Origin: Octopus vulgaris
Taxonomy: Eukaryota
Length of the DNA: 64,000 nt
Assembly: GCA_951406725.2 (NCBI GenBank)
Contig: OX597823.1
Span: 52,824,001 to 52,888,000 of the forward strand
Reading direction: 5' to 3'
The translations under genes and the position numbers were made by a program. This document shows positions 1-11,945 of this stretch, piece after piece. The first letter of the stretch is position 1. The number at the start of each line of letters is the position of its first letter. The notes beneath the pieces are model-generated. The model saw only the letters and a list, made by a program, of their open reading frames with translations. It was not told where the DNA came from and made no database searches.

Positions 1-270
1 GCTAAACACAGAAGGGACAAAATACAAAGTAGGGCTTTTCTTTTTGGGAAGAAAAGAAGGGGGAAAGGGGGGCAATTCCGATCAAAAGGGATCGTGAAAA
101 AAAAAGAAAGTGGGGCCGATCAATAGGGATTGTGTATCACAGAAATGTCAATGTAAAAACAAATTAGGTTTGTCTTTGGAGAGAAAAGCCTATGGAAAAA
201 ACCAGGGGAACCTTGGGCAATAGTGTCATGCAAAAAGAAAACACATTACAGTAAGTGGGTCACTTTTTTC
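1..270 (-). mobile_element. 3' UTR fragment of a Tx1/L1-like LINE, running off the window start
   Basis: The reverse complement of 1-22 (ttttgtcccttctgtgtttagc) matches the tail of family M SINEs and resembles the LINE 3' end at 21831-21900. The LINE assignment is inference. Confidence 0.45.
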
Positions 271-284
271 CTTTTGCTTTTTTA

Positions 285-285
285 G

Positions 286-316
<31 letters not shown>

Positions 317-327
317 GATAGATAGAT
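285..327. repeat. (GATA)n microsatellite
   Basis: Direct reading. Confidence 0.95.
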
Positions 328-369
328 TCTTTCCGGTATATAAATTTATCAAAAGGATGTTTTATAATA

Positions 370-560
370 TATATGTATGTGTGTCTTTGTATTTGTCCCC
401 CATCACCTCTTGACAACTTGTGTTCGTTTGTTTATGTCCCTGTAACTCAGTGATTTCACAAAATACACCGATAGAGTAAGTACCAATCTTCAAAAAAGAA
501 AATGGCTGGAGTCAATTTATTCAACTAGACACTTCAAGGAGTTGCTCCATCATATTATAC
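370..560 (+). mobile_element. SINE family A, decayed 3' half
   Basis: tttgtcccc...ttgacaac...ccgatagagtaagtacc...aaggagttgctcca aligns to the 3' half of intact copies such as 20875-21056. Confidence 0.75.
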
Positions 561-582
561 AGTAAGTTAATTTAATATTAAA

Positions 583-1092
583 ATATTCTTTTCTACTTTA
601 GGCACAAGGCCAGAAATTTTGGGGGAGGGAGCCAGTCGATTAGATCGACCCCAGTATGCAACTGGTACTTAATTTATCAACCCCGAAAGGATGAAAGACA
701 AATTCAACCTCGGTGGAATTTGAATTCAAAATGTAAAGACAGACGAAATTAATATTCTTTTCTACTCTAGGCACAAGGCCTGAAATTTTTTGTGGGGAAG
801 AGGCCAGTCGATTAGATCGACCCCAGTACGCAACTGGTACTTAATTTATCAACCCCGAAAGGATGAAAGACAAATTCAACCTCGGTGGAATTTGAACTCA
901 AAATGTAAAGACAGACGAATTTAATATTCTTTTCTACTCTAGGCACAAGGCCTGAAATTTTTTGTGGGGAAGAGGCCAGTCGATTAGATCGACCCCAGTA
1001 CACAACTGGCACTTAATTTATCAACCCCAAAAGGATGAAAGGCAAAGTCAACCTGGGCAGAATTTGAACTCAGAACGTAAATACAGATGAAA
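583..1092 (-). mobile_element. Three tandem 5'-truncated family M SINE units (about 170 bp period)
   Basis: aatattcttttctact...ggcacaaggcc...gaaaggatgaaag...gaatttgaactca repeats starting at about 583, 751 and 923. Confidence 0.9.
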
Positions 1093-2601
1093 TCAATATT
1101 AAAATATTAAAACAGCAGTACATCATCAGAAAATATTTAGATAGTAATTTAGTTACGAAATGGATAAACAGAAAGGCAAAAAGTAAAATTTGAAAGGTTT
1201 AATGGCAACTATGAAATTAATGCAGTTGAAGTGTCTCTGGAATGGGTCAACTCGAGGAATTCATTCTAGTTGTAGCATAACACCAGTTGGAACTAAATGG
1301 TAGCAGTGAGAGAAGTAGCATTAATTGAATTAAAATTACTTGAAGGTATCATTATCCAGTGTAGCAGTAGGAATAGTAAGATGCTGAGTTTAGCAATAGA
1401 AATAGTAGAATTGAAAAAGCAAAAACAATTTTGCACCATTAGTAGAGATAATTACTATAGTAGTATTAATAATGATGATGATGGTGGTGGTGGTGGTGGG
1501 GCAGTAGCAGTGGTGGTGGTGGTGGTGGTGGTGGTGGTCTCAGGCATAGCTGCAGAAACTGCAAGTTATCTAGCAATTATTCAGTGAAATGAAATAATTT
1601 TAGATAACATCCCTTACGGAGAGCTCATTCTTCTTTGAATGATAAGAAAAGTGCATAATTATATTCTTTATATATTGAAATTCGTACATTGTTATAAACG
1701 CATTTCACTAATATATGTATTTACATATTTTTTTTGTATGTGTGTGTGTGTGTGTGTGTGCATATGTGTGCACACATGTGAGCACACACGTGTGTATGTT
1801 TGCACATGTATGTAGACACATATGCAAACATAAACAAGTGCTCACACACACACACATACACACATATAAGTACATAACTATAGTTATTCTAGGAATCTCC
1901 AACATGGTCAGTCAACATGGTAGAAATAGCAACGAAATATCCCTGAAATCATATCCAAACATCTTACAAAAGAATGCTTTGCATAATATAGCAAAAAGTG
2001 CACAAAGCCTCAAAAACATATCGAATGGCCATAGCTGGAATCTTTTTCAATCACTGAATCAGTGCTGATCTAGTTCTTTGCAATAACAGCAATAGAAAAA
2101 TATACATATATACATGTTTAAAATATTCTAAATAGAGAGAAATATAATGCAACTGTGACCATGTGTGTAATGATGATAATTTTTTTCCTCTGTATTCCCT
2201 TCCTTGGATCTTTCCTTTTTCTATGTTTCTGACAAAGAGCTCCACTTGAAACATTAAATCCCCCTTCTTTCTTTCCTTTCCTGAGTGTCCAATAACACTA
2301 TACTTGTTCCACATCCTCGCCTTGTTGTGTTTTCTCTTTGTGTTTTCATATTTGGATTAACTATATATATATATATATGTATATAGCAAATGAAAGACAG
2401 AAGATGGAATATATAAGAATTTATTATTAATCCCAACAATTGTTTTGACACATCTAGCATCAATTGCTCTTGGATGGGACACTCAACAACTTGTTCAGGA
2501 GCATCCAGCGGTGCAGATGCATCTCGTCAGGTGATAAATGAATACAATTTATTAAAATGACTATTCTGCAATGTAACTTTCCATCTTGTAGAGAGAAAAT
2601 G

Positions 2602-2611
2602 ATTATTATTA

Positions 2612-2648
<37 letters not shown>

Positions 2649-2661
2649 CATCATCATCATT
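2602..2661. repeat. (ATT)n/(ATC)n microsatellite
   Basis: Direct reading. Confidence 0.95.
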
Positions 2662-2794
2662 AACTGAAAAATATAAAAGACTCAATGCCAAAATGAAGTC
2701 TTGCTCTCTATTCAATGACAGAAGCCACTTTTTTTTATTCAAATAATTGAACTTTCCAAATTTAATATTACGAAATTCAGGAATTAATATATGA

Positions 2795-3022
2795 AATATT
2801 GGTTTCTGATTTTGGTAGAAAGGCAGCAATATTGAAGTTTGGGGTAAGTTGATTACACTGACCCCAGTACTCAACTGGTACTATTTTTTTGACATTGTAC
2901 TCAATTGGTAATGAAAGGAAAAGTCAACCTTGGCAGGTTTGTACTCAGAATATGAAGACAAACAAAATACTGCTATGCACTTTGCCTGTCATGCTCACAA
3001 TTTTGTCAACTTGCCACCTTAA
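2795..3022 (-). mobile_element. SINE family M, decayed and CpG-eroded
   Basis: gaccccagtactcaactggtac...gaaaggaaaagtcaaccttggcag...acttgccacctt. Confidence 0.75.
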
Positions 3023-3223
3023 GTTTAAGAAATACTAGAATATAGAAAATGCTAAGTTTAGTAACCCCTTTAACCCTTCTGATAACAATGCACCCGAGAC
3101 TGCCCCAGTCCTATGATACATAATTCTTCTTTTGACATGATCTTTAGATCATAATTTGATCATAATTTCATGTTATTTTTGTCTTAATTTCATGTAATTT
3201 TGGTCTTAATTTCATGTTATTTT

Positions 3224-3420
3224 GGCAGAATCATTTGCATACTGGACCAAATGCTTAGCAATATTTCATCAGTCTTGTCATACAGAGTTCAAATTTCACC
3301 AAGGTTGATTTTGCCCCTCCTCCTTTTGGGCTATGTGAATTATTACCAATTCAGCACTAGGGTTTCTGTAATCGACTAACCCACATTCCCCAAATTTCAG
3401 CTGTGCCAATTGTAGAAAGG
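3224..3420 (+). mobile_element. SINE family M, decayed
   Basis: ggcagaatc...aaatgcttagc...gagttcaaatttcaccaaggttgattttgcc. Confidence 0.75.
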
Positions 3421-3449
3421 ATTTTAAGATCCAAATACCAGTTTTCTAA

Positions 3450-3672
3450 TGGTTTTAAATTTTGACACAAGACCAGCAAGTCTTGGTGGGAGGGGGATAA
3501 GTTGATTATATCAAACCCCAGTGTACAACTGGTACTTATTTTATCAACCACTGAAAGGATGAAAGGAAAATTGGCCTCAGCAGAATTTGAATTCAGAAAC
3601 ATAAAGTCAAATGAAATGTCACTAAGTATTTTGCCTGGTGTGCTAATGTTTCTGCTAGCTCACCGTGCCTTA
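3450..3672 (-). mobile_element. SINE family M, decayed
   Basis: ccccagtgtacaactggtacttattttatc...gaaaggatgaaagg...gaatttgaattcagaac...ctgctagctcacc. Confidence 0.8.
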
Positions 3673-3744
3673 TATCAGCTTAATAATGACAGTTATTTTG
3701 CAAAAATTCTTCGTTATTTTCAAAATTAATTGAAACAAAAAGCA

Positions 3745-4250
3745 TCAGTGCTGGTACCACATAAAACGCACCCAATGCACTCTCTAAAATGGTTGGCATT
3801 GGGAAGGGCATCCGACCATAGCAACAATGCCAAAGCAGACAATGGAACCTGGTGCAGCTCTCTGGTTTGTCAGTACCTATCAGTCCATCTAACAGTATGG
3901 TTCCCAAACTTTTTCAAGCTGCCACCCCCATGATACCCAAGCCACATACCTAGTTTCCCCTCTCCAAATAAGCATTACAAACATAGAACCCCTTCTGAAG
4001 CAAATTCAAAGCAAGTGTATTTCACAAATAAAACTTAACCTAATGAATCCATTATTTTGCTGTTTTTATATGAATCACTACCTCCATTATCACCCCACTT
4101 TTTTCCATGAATCGCTACCCCATTGTTGCTCCACTTTTTTTCAATGCCCCCTTGGAACTTTCCACTATGTCCAGTGGGACAATACCACCCACTTTTGGAA
4201 CCACTGATCTAACATATGCCAGCATGGAAAACAAATGTTAAATGATGATA
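3745..4250 (+). mobile_element. RTE-related SINE-like repeat with (GAT)n tail, interrupted by a hAT MITE
   Basis: ggttggcattgggaagggcatcc...atgccagcatggaaaac...gttaaatgatgat; same family as 5205-5606. Confidence 0.7.
3895..4206. mobile_element. Non-autonomous hAT (Charlie-like) element
   Basis: 8-bp TSD atctaaca at 3887-3894 and 4207-4214. Ends gtatggttcccaaac and acttttggaaccactg resemble the CAGTGGTTCCCAAAC TIR of Charlie-type hATs. Confidence 0.8.
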
Positions 4251-4630
4251 AAGAGGATGTGTTCCAACAGAAATGATCAGAGTGAAAGGGTTAGAGTGAA
4301 AAAAATGTTTTCAATGTACTTTGCATAACAATCTGATTTTCATATACCCTAAATGTAAATTCAAATAATGAATTATCATGTATGACAAACAAATTGCTAG
4401 ATTGTCTTCTTGGAGCTGTTTTCAGTTTCAATTGCTAACTCTTATCATGGTTATAATATTATTAATGTTCCAAAGAATTGGTATATAGTTATGAAATCAA
4501 TAAAGATTAATACTAATATATTTATTTGGCAAATATATGAATATGGTAGTTTAAACGCATTAATCTCATTAGAGCAAATATTTTAACCTGTGCATATTTA
4601 CTATTTGAGAGAGAGTTTCTAATAGATGTG

Positions 4631-4685
<55 letters not shown>

Positions 4686-4686
<1 letters not shown>

Positions 4687-5052
4687 CTGTCAAGACCTAC
4701 CAAAAACTGAGCAAATATAAAGATCTTGAAATAGAAATCAGCAAAATGTGGAAGCTGAAGACTAAAACAATACCTGTTGTCATAGGTGCCCTGGGAATGA
4801 TAGCAAAAGGGACTGATTGCTACCTAACTCAGATACCAGGAAACCCCAAAATGGCAGAAATTCAAAAGATAGTGCTCATGGGAACTGCTCATATCCTATT
4901 CAAAATACTCTCTATGTAATCCCAAGGTTTAAAACAAACTTTTTTTTTATTTAATTATTTTTTTAAACTTTTTTTTTTAAAATTTTATTTTTATGTATTA
5001 ATACTAGTAAACACCAAAAAAAAAAACCCAAATATATGCACAGAACTTAACC

Positions 5053-5053
<1 letters not shown>
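4686..5053 (+). mobile_element. 5'-truncated R4/Dong-type non-LTR retrotransposon (RLE C-terminus plus 3' UTR) inside (TAA)n
   Basis: 4686-4919 reads SVKTYQKLSKYKDLEIEISKMWKLKTKTIPVVIGALGMI...EIQKIVLMGTAHILFKILSM*, homologous to the end of the 35-38 kb element. (TAA)n lies on both sides, at 4633-4686 and 5054-5094. Confidence 0.88.
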
Positions 5054-5085
<32 letters not shown>

Positions 5086-5204
5086 CAATAACAACTTATG
5101 GCTACAAGGAATGTTTCAGAGGAATGTTTTAGGAATTTAGGTTGCAAATTGTATGTATCTAATATCTTATGCTATCAGATGTAATATAGCCAGATATATA
5201 TGCA

Positions 5205-5606
5205 AGTGGCACGTAAGAAGCACTTTTCGAGTGTTGGGCCTTAGGGAGGCAATGTGGCTGATGCTGGTGTTACGTAACTAGCACCCCTACTAGTGACATC
5301 TTCCGAATGTTGTACCTCACAGAGGCAATGACTTACAATGTGCTTGAGAAGAAGACCCATCAAGTCAGGTGAAGTTACAGTTGTGGCAGATATTGGTGTC
5401 ATGGAAACTGACACCAATGCCGGCGGCACGTAAAAGCACTCATTACACTCTCAGAGTGGTTGGCATTAGGAAGGGCATCCAGCTGTAGAAACCATACCAA
5501 ATCAGACTAGAGTCTGGAACAGCCCCTCTGCTTACCAGCCCTGATTAAAACGTTCAACCCATGCCAGCATGGAAAACAGACCTTAAATGATGAGGATTAT
5601 GATTAT
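5205..5606 (+). mobile_element. RTE-related SINE-like repeat with (GAT)n tail
   Basis: ggcacgtaaaagcac repeats, ggttggcattaggaagggcatccagctgtagaaac, and aacccatgccagcatggaaaac...ttaaatgatga. Confidence 0.75.
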
Positions 5607-6399
5607 GACATACTGGCTTATTCATTGTTCATCGATCTAATAGCTTTTCATCATTTATAGTTACCTTGATGTCTAAACACTTCAGTTGTTAATGTGTAGT
5701 TTTGTCACTGATGAGACATGTCTTTTCTTACTTTTACCAGTATTTCTGAGTTCATTTTTCTTTCAAATGTTCAAACTTCTCTCAACACTAAAATCACAGA
5801 AGTGAGCGGCGAGTTGCAAGGTCTTCTACTTTTGAAGGTTTGTTTGCAACTCTTCAAATTGATCTTCAGCTCATCTTTGAACCGTTTATTTGGTCCTCTA
5901 CCCAGTTGTTGACTATGGTACAGATGGCATTAACAGATTCTACAGAAGAGAGACAAATCACGCATGCACACTATATACAAATCAGTTATTCACACTACAT
6001 ACTCTGAATATGTCAGTTGGTATACAGTTCTCATACACTGAGGATGTAAATAAAACTCTGCTGTCTTTCTTTTATTTCTCTCTCGTCATCTTCACCTTGA
6101 AAAAGGTCTATGTCCGAAACATTGGCTACTTTAGTCTTCACAATAGTCTTTACATTACTATTTCTGACACTTTTTTTGAATTAATACAACTCTGACTGAC
6201 ACAGACCGCCATCAATTTCCTTGGATTCTGTTGTTATGTGTGAAGCATCAATAATGTTTCAGTGCTGCTAGTGTTGATTCGCTGAAACATTACTATGTGC
6301 ATAATCCTTTCTCTATCTGTCTACCAGTCTGTCTGACTCTGTATCTCTCTCTCTCTCTCCCTCTCTCTAGGTAATCAATATGATTTGTTGAAGAAAACT

Positions 6400-9200
6400 A
6401 AATATTAAAACTTTAAACTCAGGATGAAAAGTAAGGTCCATAGGTTTCAAAAGTAACTTTAAATTGTATAATAAAAATTACAATTCTGGAAGCGTATCAT
6501 GGAGTCAGTTTGTTGTTTATAGGGAAACGACATGTTGGTACATTGCTGATAAAATTGGTTGAAAGACTGATGAAGAGTAAAACCTTTTTATGGCACCAGA
6601 AGAAAATCTGACAATGTCATAATAGTATGGCTGTTAGACTGAGCCAGTGTATGTCAAGTGTCTCTGCCATGAATTCTGCAGTGCATCCAGAGAAGGATAT
6701 GAAATGCTAACCTTCACTGTTATAGTTGGACCGTCTATGCAACTTAATTTGCAATAATTCTTTACAGAATAAATTACTCAACAAAGAAGGGAAGTGTTTA
6801 TAACTTTACAAGGCCTTTCGGTTTTCACTGTCAACATCTATAGACAGCTACTTGTAATAAAAACAAGCTGGAAAGGCTTCAAGAACGATGTAGTTATAGA
6901 TAGAAAAGTTTAAATAAATGTAAATTTGGGAATTAGAGCTGAGACAAATTAAAAAGGAAATGAGATGTATGTAGGTGGTAACATCAGATGAGCTTAAAGA
7001 GAGGGAGTATTTGTATTACCCATTCTCAATGAAAAGTATATAGCTTTTGGTGGTCTTGATACTATTGAAGGAATCCACAGATTAAAAACTGTAAAAAAGG
7101 ATGGATGACTGATGCATTTGTTGAGGGTACAGCCGAAAATTGCAAGAACAGGAAACCAGAGGATTTTTGAATTCCTGAAAACCGAACCATTGAAATATTG
7201 AAGCAGTAATTTATGTTCAGATCATCATGAAGAAATAGTCAAAGGGCCAGAAAGCTGTTGTGACTGTTGTAGGGTAATAGACATTGCCCCAGAATAGAAC
7301 CTTAACATTAAGAAGCTTTTGCTGGTGACAAACAAACTTCTCTGTCTCTAAGTGCACAAGTATTTATTTGGATATTGACAGACAGACAACATAAAGCTTA
7401 AAATATGAATTAAATGTTAATCAAGATGCCTCCATCAAAAAGGTACTTTGAGAACAAAGAACAGTAAAAAAATAACTGAAGAAAATCATGAACAAGCGTA
7501 CAAGGTATATTATTACACTGTAAGAAATTATCAGAGATATATTGGCCAACAATAGATCATATGAATGGTGAGTGAGAAAGGTAGTTTCATTGACAACATC
7601 CATATGCTGAATTAATATTTCGGCAAGCCGTGGCTCTTGATTATCCCTGTCCAATCTGGAACCCAATATCCTGAAACTCATAGAAGAGTCTCAAGCTTAA
7701 GTATAGCATTAGGTTTTATAGATGCTAATTTCATGCATTCTTTTTTTTTTTCCTTATATTCTAGCCAGTATGTTGAAATATTTATGTTTGCTTGGTTTTC
7801 AAGAATATGTGATTTCAGTATTTCATTGGAGGGATGAGTGGAACCTGAAAACTGAGGTAGCCATGTTAAAAAAACATGAATTTGGCATTTTTAGAGGATC
7901 TGAGAAGCAGTTACAGTAGCAGTAGAAGAGTCATAGAGTAGAAACACATAATATATAAACTAGCAATTGTAGAGTATATAACTGGCAGTAATGACGGTCA
8001 ACGAGAATTTAAAATGTGAGAATTTTTTGCAACATATTTGAATTGTTGAGAGTAAAAGTGGTGAATCGGTAGTAGGTAAAGATTTATAAGAAACCTTTGT
8101 TAATCATTGTGGATAGAATAATTCAAAAGACTGATTGTTTAAAATATGTATTTTAATATATTCTGTCATTTCAATTTCTAAACAGAAATTTTTTGATTAT
8201 ATAAAGACTTTGCAATTTATTGGAGCATAATTTCTTTTATTTTTCTTTATTTCACTCTGTCCAGAAATGGAGTTTGGTTTTCAAGTTCATAGAATTTCCT
8301 CTGTGTTAGTGTTGTGGCAAGAACTAGTTTAATTCTTTTAATGTAACCGCCAACAGTTTCGTGTTGAAGTGAAACATTTTGAGTAGACAAGGCATTGGAC
8401 AACCCGTACGTGTGTAGGGGTGAGGAGAGTACACTTAATTCCATGTATTCCATTCCTTCTAATTTTGGGAAATATGTACTAAGTCTTCTGGGAATATTGC
8501 CTAGAGTAAATAGAATGATGTTCTCTGACCTAGGGAACGGAGGAAATTTTTTTGTCTCTTCTACTTAATACTGCAAAGTGCAGCGCTAATTATAGGCTTG
8601 ATGTGAATCTGTGTGCATTGTGAAGACGCTCAACTCATCATTATATCAATTATTTCTGTAGGTGAAATATATGCTGTGAATATACGTGGAAGAAAATAAA
8701 TCTAGTATGAGACAAAGACATAGTAGATACAATGGGAATGCTTTCATGGGGAAAGTTTGGACGCAAAGAATGGTTGGTGATAGGTGAAATGCTAAATATA
8801 TGGTAAGAGGATTGGGATAGTGCCAGAAAACTCCAAAGAAAAAGAAGCCATGATAGTAAGAGTAGAAATTGCTATGGAATTAGACTAGGAATTTGCTCAG
8901 AGAGAAGATTTTACAGTGAAAAAGATTTGCTTTTTGTTTGATTTTGAAGCAGTGCACTAAAGAATAGCCTGTGGTCTGAAAGATAGTAATCCTTAATTAA
9001 ATGGATTTTAGGCTTTCTATAATATTAGAAGGTATTCATTCACGGCTGAAGATAAAATAACAAATAGATTTTGGCTTGGAAAAAGTAGTTGTAGTCTTGC
9101 TTGAGACATTTTGACCAGTGTTAAATATATGTGCTCTATAAAGTCGGTTGGTGCTAACATCTGAATAGTGTCTTACTTTATTCAGAATATTTGTTCATCA
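6400..9200 (-). mobile_element. Possible heavily decayed L1/Tx1-like LINE
   Basis: Only faint frameshifted traces on the minus strand (AY-D-V near 7595-7610, KYL near 7360, L-E-T-L-L near 7685) in non-repetitive sequence. Weak. Confidence 0.25.
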
Positions 9201-9449
9201 TTGATGCAAACAAAATGAGTGTACGACTCGTGTCTTAAAGATAAGCAATATCAGCAACGTATTAATAGTGTAGATATACTCATTTTCTTTTCCTTACTTC
9301 AAAATATTGCTTCTCTTCTTTTTCTGTTTATCCTTCCTTACATCTTCTATTCTTTTGTTTTTTTATTCATTCATTCCTTCTTTCTATCCGTCTGTCTGTT
9401 CACCTGTTCACTATTTTTAACATTATTATTGGCGAAGAAGTCTTAATGT

Positions 9450-9632
9450 GGCTGCAAGAAATAGCAGATAACCTTCTACTGTCTTAAAAAGGATATATAC
9501 TAAATGGTCCTCGATACTCTATGTCTAAAATTTAAAAAAAAAATGAAAAATAGAATGGTCATGACTCTGGAGTGTCTTTTGATTACATGTCTGCATAATC
9601 AGAGCTGAACTAGGGTTAAAAACAACTACAAC
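9450..9632 (+). mobile_element. Old (CAA)n-tailed repeat, family E. Other copies at about 16820-17285, 20320-20500(-), 28650-28830, 42310-42490(-), 50130-50368, 50430-50605 and 50622-50793
   Basis: Shared gctagaaatagcagc...atggtcatg(g)ctgga...ctttgatcatagg tctgctc.atcag..ctga.ctagggctaaacaacaac. Confidence 0.65.
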
Positions 9633-9645
9633 TTTATAAGATAAT

Positions 9646-10052
9646 ATTGATTTCAAATTTTGGCACAGGGCCAACAATTTCTTGGGAATTTCTTGAGTCG
9701 ATTATGACTGGTACTTATTTTATCAACCCAGAAAGGATGAAAGGCATCGTCACCTTGGTGAATTCTTAACTCAAAACATAAAGATGACGAAATACCGCTA
9801 AGTATTTTGCCCGGCATGCTAAGGTATTTGCCAGCTCACCACCTTAATTAGAATGATGATAATGATTTCAAATTTTGGTACAAAGCCTGTAATTTGAAGG
9901 AGTGGGATAGTTGATGAATTATATTATCGACCCTGAAAAGATAAAAGGCAAAGTGGACCCCTGGAGCAATTTGAACTCAGAACATAAAGATAGACGAAAT
10001 GCCGCTAAGCATTTTTGCCTGGTGTGCTAACGATATGCCAGCTCACCAACTT
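9646..10052 (-). mobile_element. Two adjacent family M SINEs
   Basis: tttcaaattttggcaca...gaaaggatgaaaggca...gccagctcaccacctt occurs twice. Confidence 0.8.
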
Positions 10053-10128
10053 AATTAATATGATAATGATAATAATGATATTGATCTCAAGCTTTTATAT
10101 AAGGCCATGCATTTATAAACAGTGGATA

Positions 10129-10285
10129 TAGGTGCAGGAGAGAGTGTGTGGTAAGTAGCTTGCTTACCAACCACATGGTTCCGGGTTTAGTCCCACCTCG
10201 TGGCACCTTGAGCAAGTGTCTTGTACTATAGCCTCAAGCTATAGTAGATGGAAGCTGAAAGAAACCCATCACGTATATATAAATA

Positions 10286-10318
<33 letters not shown>

Positions 10319-10510
10319 CTGTGTTTGTCCCCCCAACATCACTTGATAACGGATGCTGGTGTGTTTATGTTCCCATAACTTAGCAGTTCGGAAAAAAAGC
10401 CCTACCAATAGAATAAGTACTAGGCTTACAAAGAGTAAGTCTTAGGATCGATTTGTTCGACTAAAGTTGGTGCTCCAGCATGGCCACAGTCAAAAGACTA
10501 AAGGAATAGA
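10129..10510 (+). mobile_element. SINE family A (tRNA head, CORE-like segment, internal (AT)n(GT)n, tail)
   Basis: Decayed box A/B head, caccttgagcaagtgtctt (CORE-like), and tail gtgctccagcatggccacagtc. Confidence 0.88.
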
Positions 10511-11078
10511 ACATTGAATTCACTTGGGTTTACTACTGGTACTGTATGGATAGTGAAATAAAATGAAAAGTCAACTCCTAGCAGTTTCACTGCAGAACTT
10601 AATGAGACATATCTAGATCAGTACAGGTAGGGGAGTGACACTTCATCAGGTACTTTATCCTCTTTCCAAGAATTCATTACCTGTAACAACATCTGCATTA
10701 CCACTGCCACTTTGATCACCCATCACTATTATCATTAGCATCGTCCTCACCATGCAAATTGCCCTTTTTGTCACCCCTCTATCCTACCCCTCATTATCAC
10801 TCTCTTTATATATGTGTCTATGTGTGTATGCGTGTGTATGTGTGTGCATGTGTTCACACATTTAATTACTTACTCACGTATACACATACATACATATATA
10901 CACATACGTTTATTTATGCCCATAATACATATACAAATACACAGATAAATTTCAACTTTCATGCACCTATCTACAAGCACACGTAAATTTTAATGCATAT
11001 AAACATACACACATACGTAAGTACTCATATGTATACACTTATATATAAGAAAATACATATATATATATATATATATAT

Positions 11079-11427
11079 AGGCGCAGGAGTGGCTGTAGGC
11101 CCAGAAGCCGCTGTGTGAGAAATAGCTTGCTTACCAACCACATGGTCCTAGGTTCAGTCCCACTGCGTGGCACCTTGGCCAAGTGTCTTCTGCTATAGCC
11201 TCGAGCCGACCAAAGCCTTGTGAGTGGATTTGGTAGATGGAGATGAAAGAAGCCTGTCATATATATATATGTGTGTGTGTGCGTGTGTGCGTGTGTGTGA
11301 GTGCATGTGTTTGTCCCCCATCATCGCTTGACAATCGATGTTGGTGTGTTCTGGGATCGATTTGTTCGACTAAAAGCAGTGCTCCAGCATGGCTGCAGTC
11401 AAAATGACTGAAACAAGTAAAAGAGTA
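11079..11427 (+). mobile_element. SINE family A with internal deletion
   Basis: ggcgcaggagtggctg head, ggttcagtcccactgcgtggcacc, and tail cagcatggctgcagtcaaaatgactgaaacaagtaaaagag. Confidence 0.88.
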
Positions 11428-11549
11428 TAACCATATGGATAAGCTCATACACACGTATACATGAAGGCAGTATTGTCTTAGGTACCCATTAGGCATTCAT
11501 GTAAACAATAATAAATAGAAAAAATACATATAAACACACCTACAGAGTA

Positions 11550-11838
11550 TATCACATGATCGAGCAGACTATCAGATAACGTTATACATCGCTGGTTACA
11601 ATGCACTTTGCATCATTTTAGCTTTCAAATGATGCCCTTCGCTGGCTTGGCGGACAGGCCAACATTACCCCCGATCGGAAAGGTATTACGTCGCAGGGTT
11701 ACCTTTTTATAGGTGAGTAAACTGGAGCAACATGAAATGAAACGTTTTGTTTAAAAACACAACACGTAGCTGGTCTGAGAATCGATACCCCGATATCCTA
11801 GCCGTGAATGCAACACACCTAGCCCCTAAGCCACGCGC
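11550..11838 (-). mobile_element. tRNA/CORE-type SINE, family F (C-like head, different tail)
   Basis: Minus strand: gcgcgtggcttagggg...tcgattctcagacc...tgtgtttttaaacaaaac...ttgctccagtttactcac...cctgcgacg. Confidence 0.65.
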
Positions 11839-11894
11839 TTGCACATACATAATATATACAAAGGTAAAAATAATAGCACTATCTACACACGTGC

Positions 11895-11940
<46 letters not shown>

Positions 11941-11945
<5 letters not shown>

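Larger units (their letters stand above)
3074..4290. mobile_element. TTAA-flanked (piggyBac-like) MITE split by nested insertions
   Basis: TTAA|CCCTT at 3070-3078 and AAGGG|TTAG at 4286-4294. Residual MITE pieces at about 3074-3220, 3675-3743 and 4255-4290, partly from recall of a common octopus repeat. Confidence 0.5.

Noticed and set aside
1715-2660. ORFs and unique sequence that might be host exons
   Set aside because: No recognisable protein motif, frames are closed by stops, and no convincing splice pair. A UTR exon cannot be excluded.
5705-5725. CTGATGAG hammerhead-like heptamer (also at about 6567, 24492 and 48254)
   Set aside because: No stem II followed by GAAA at a suitable distance.
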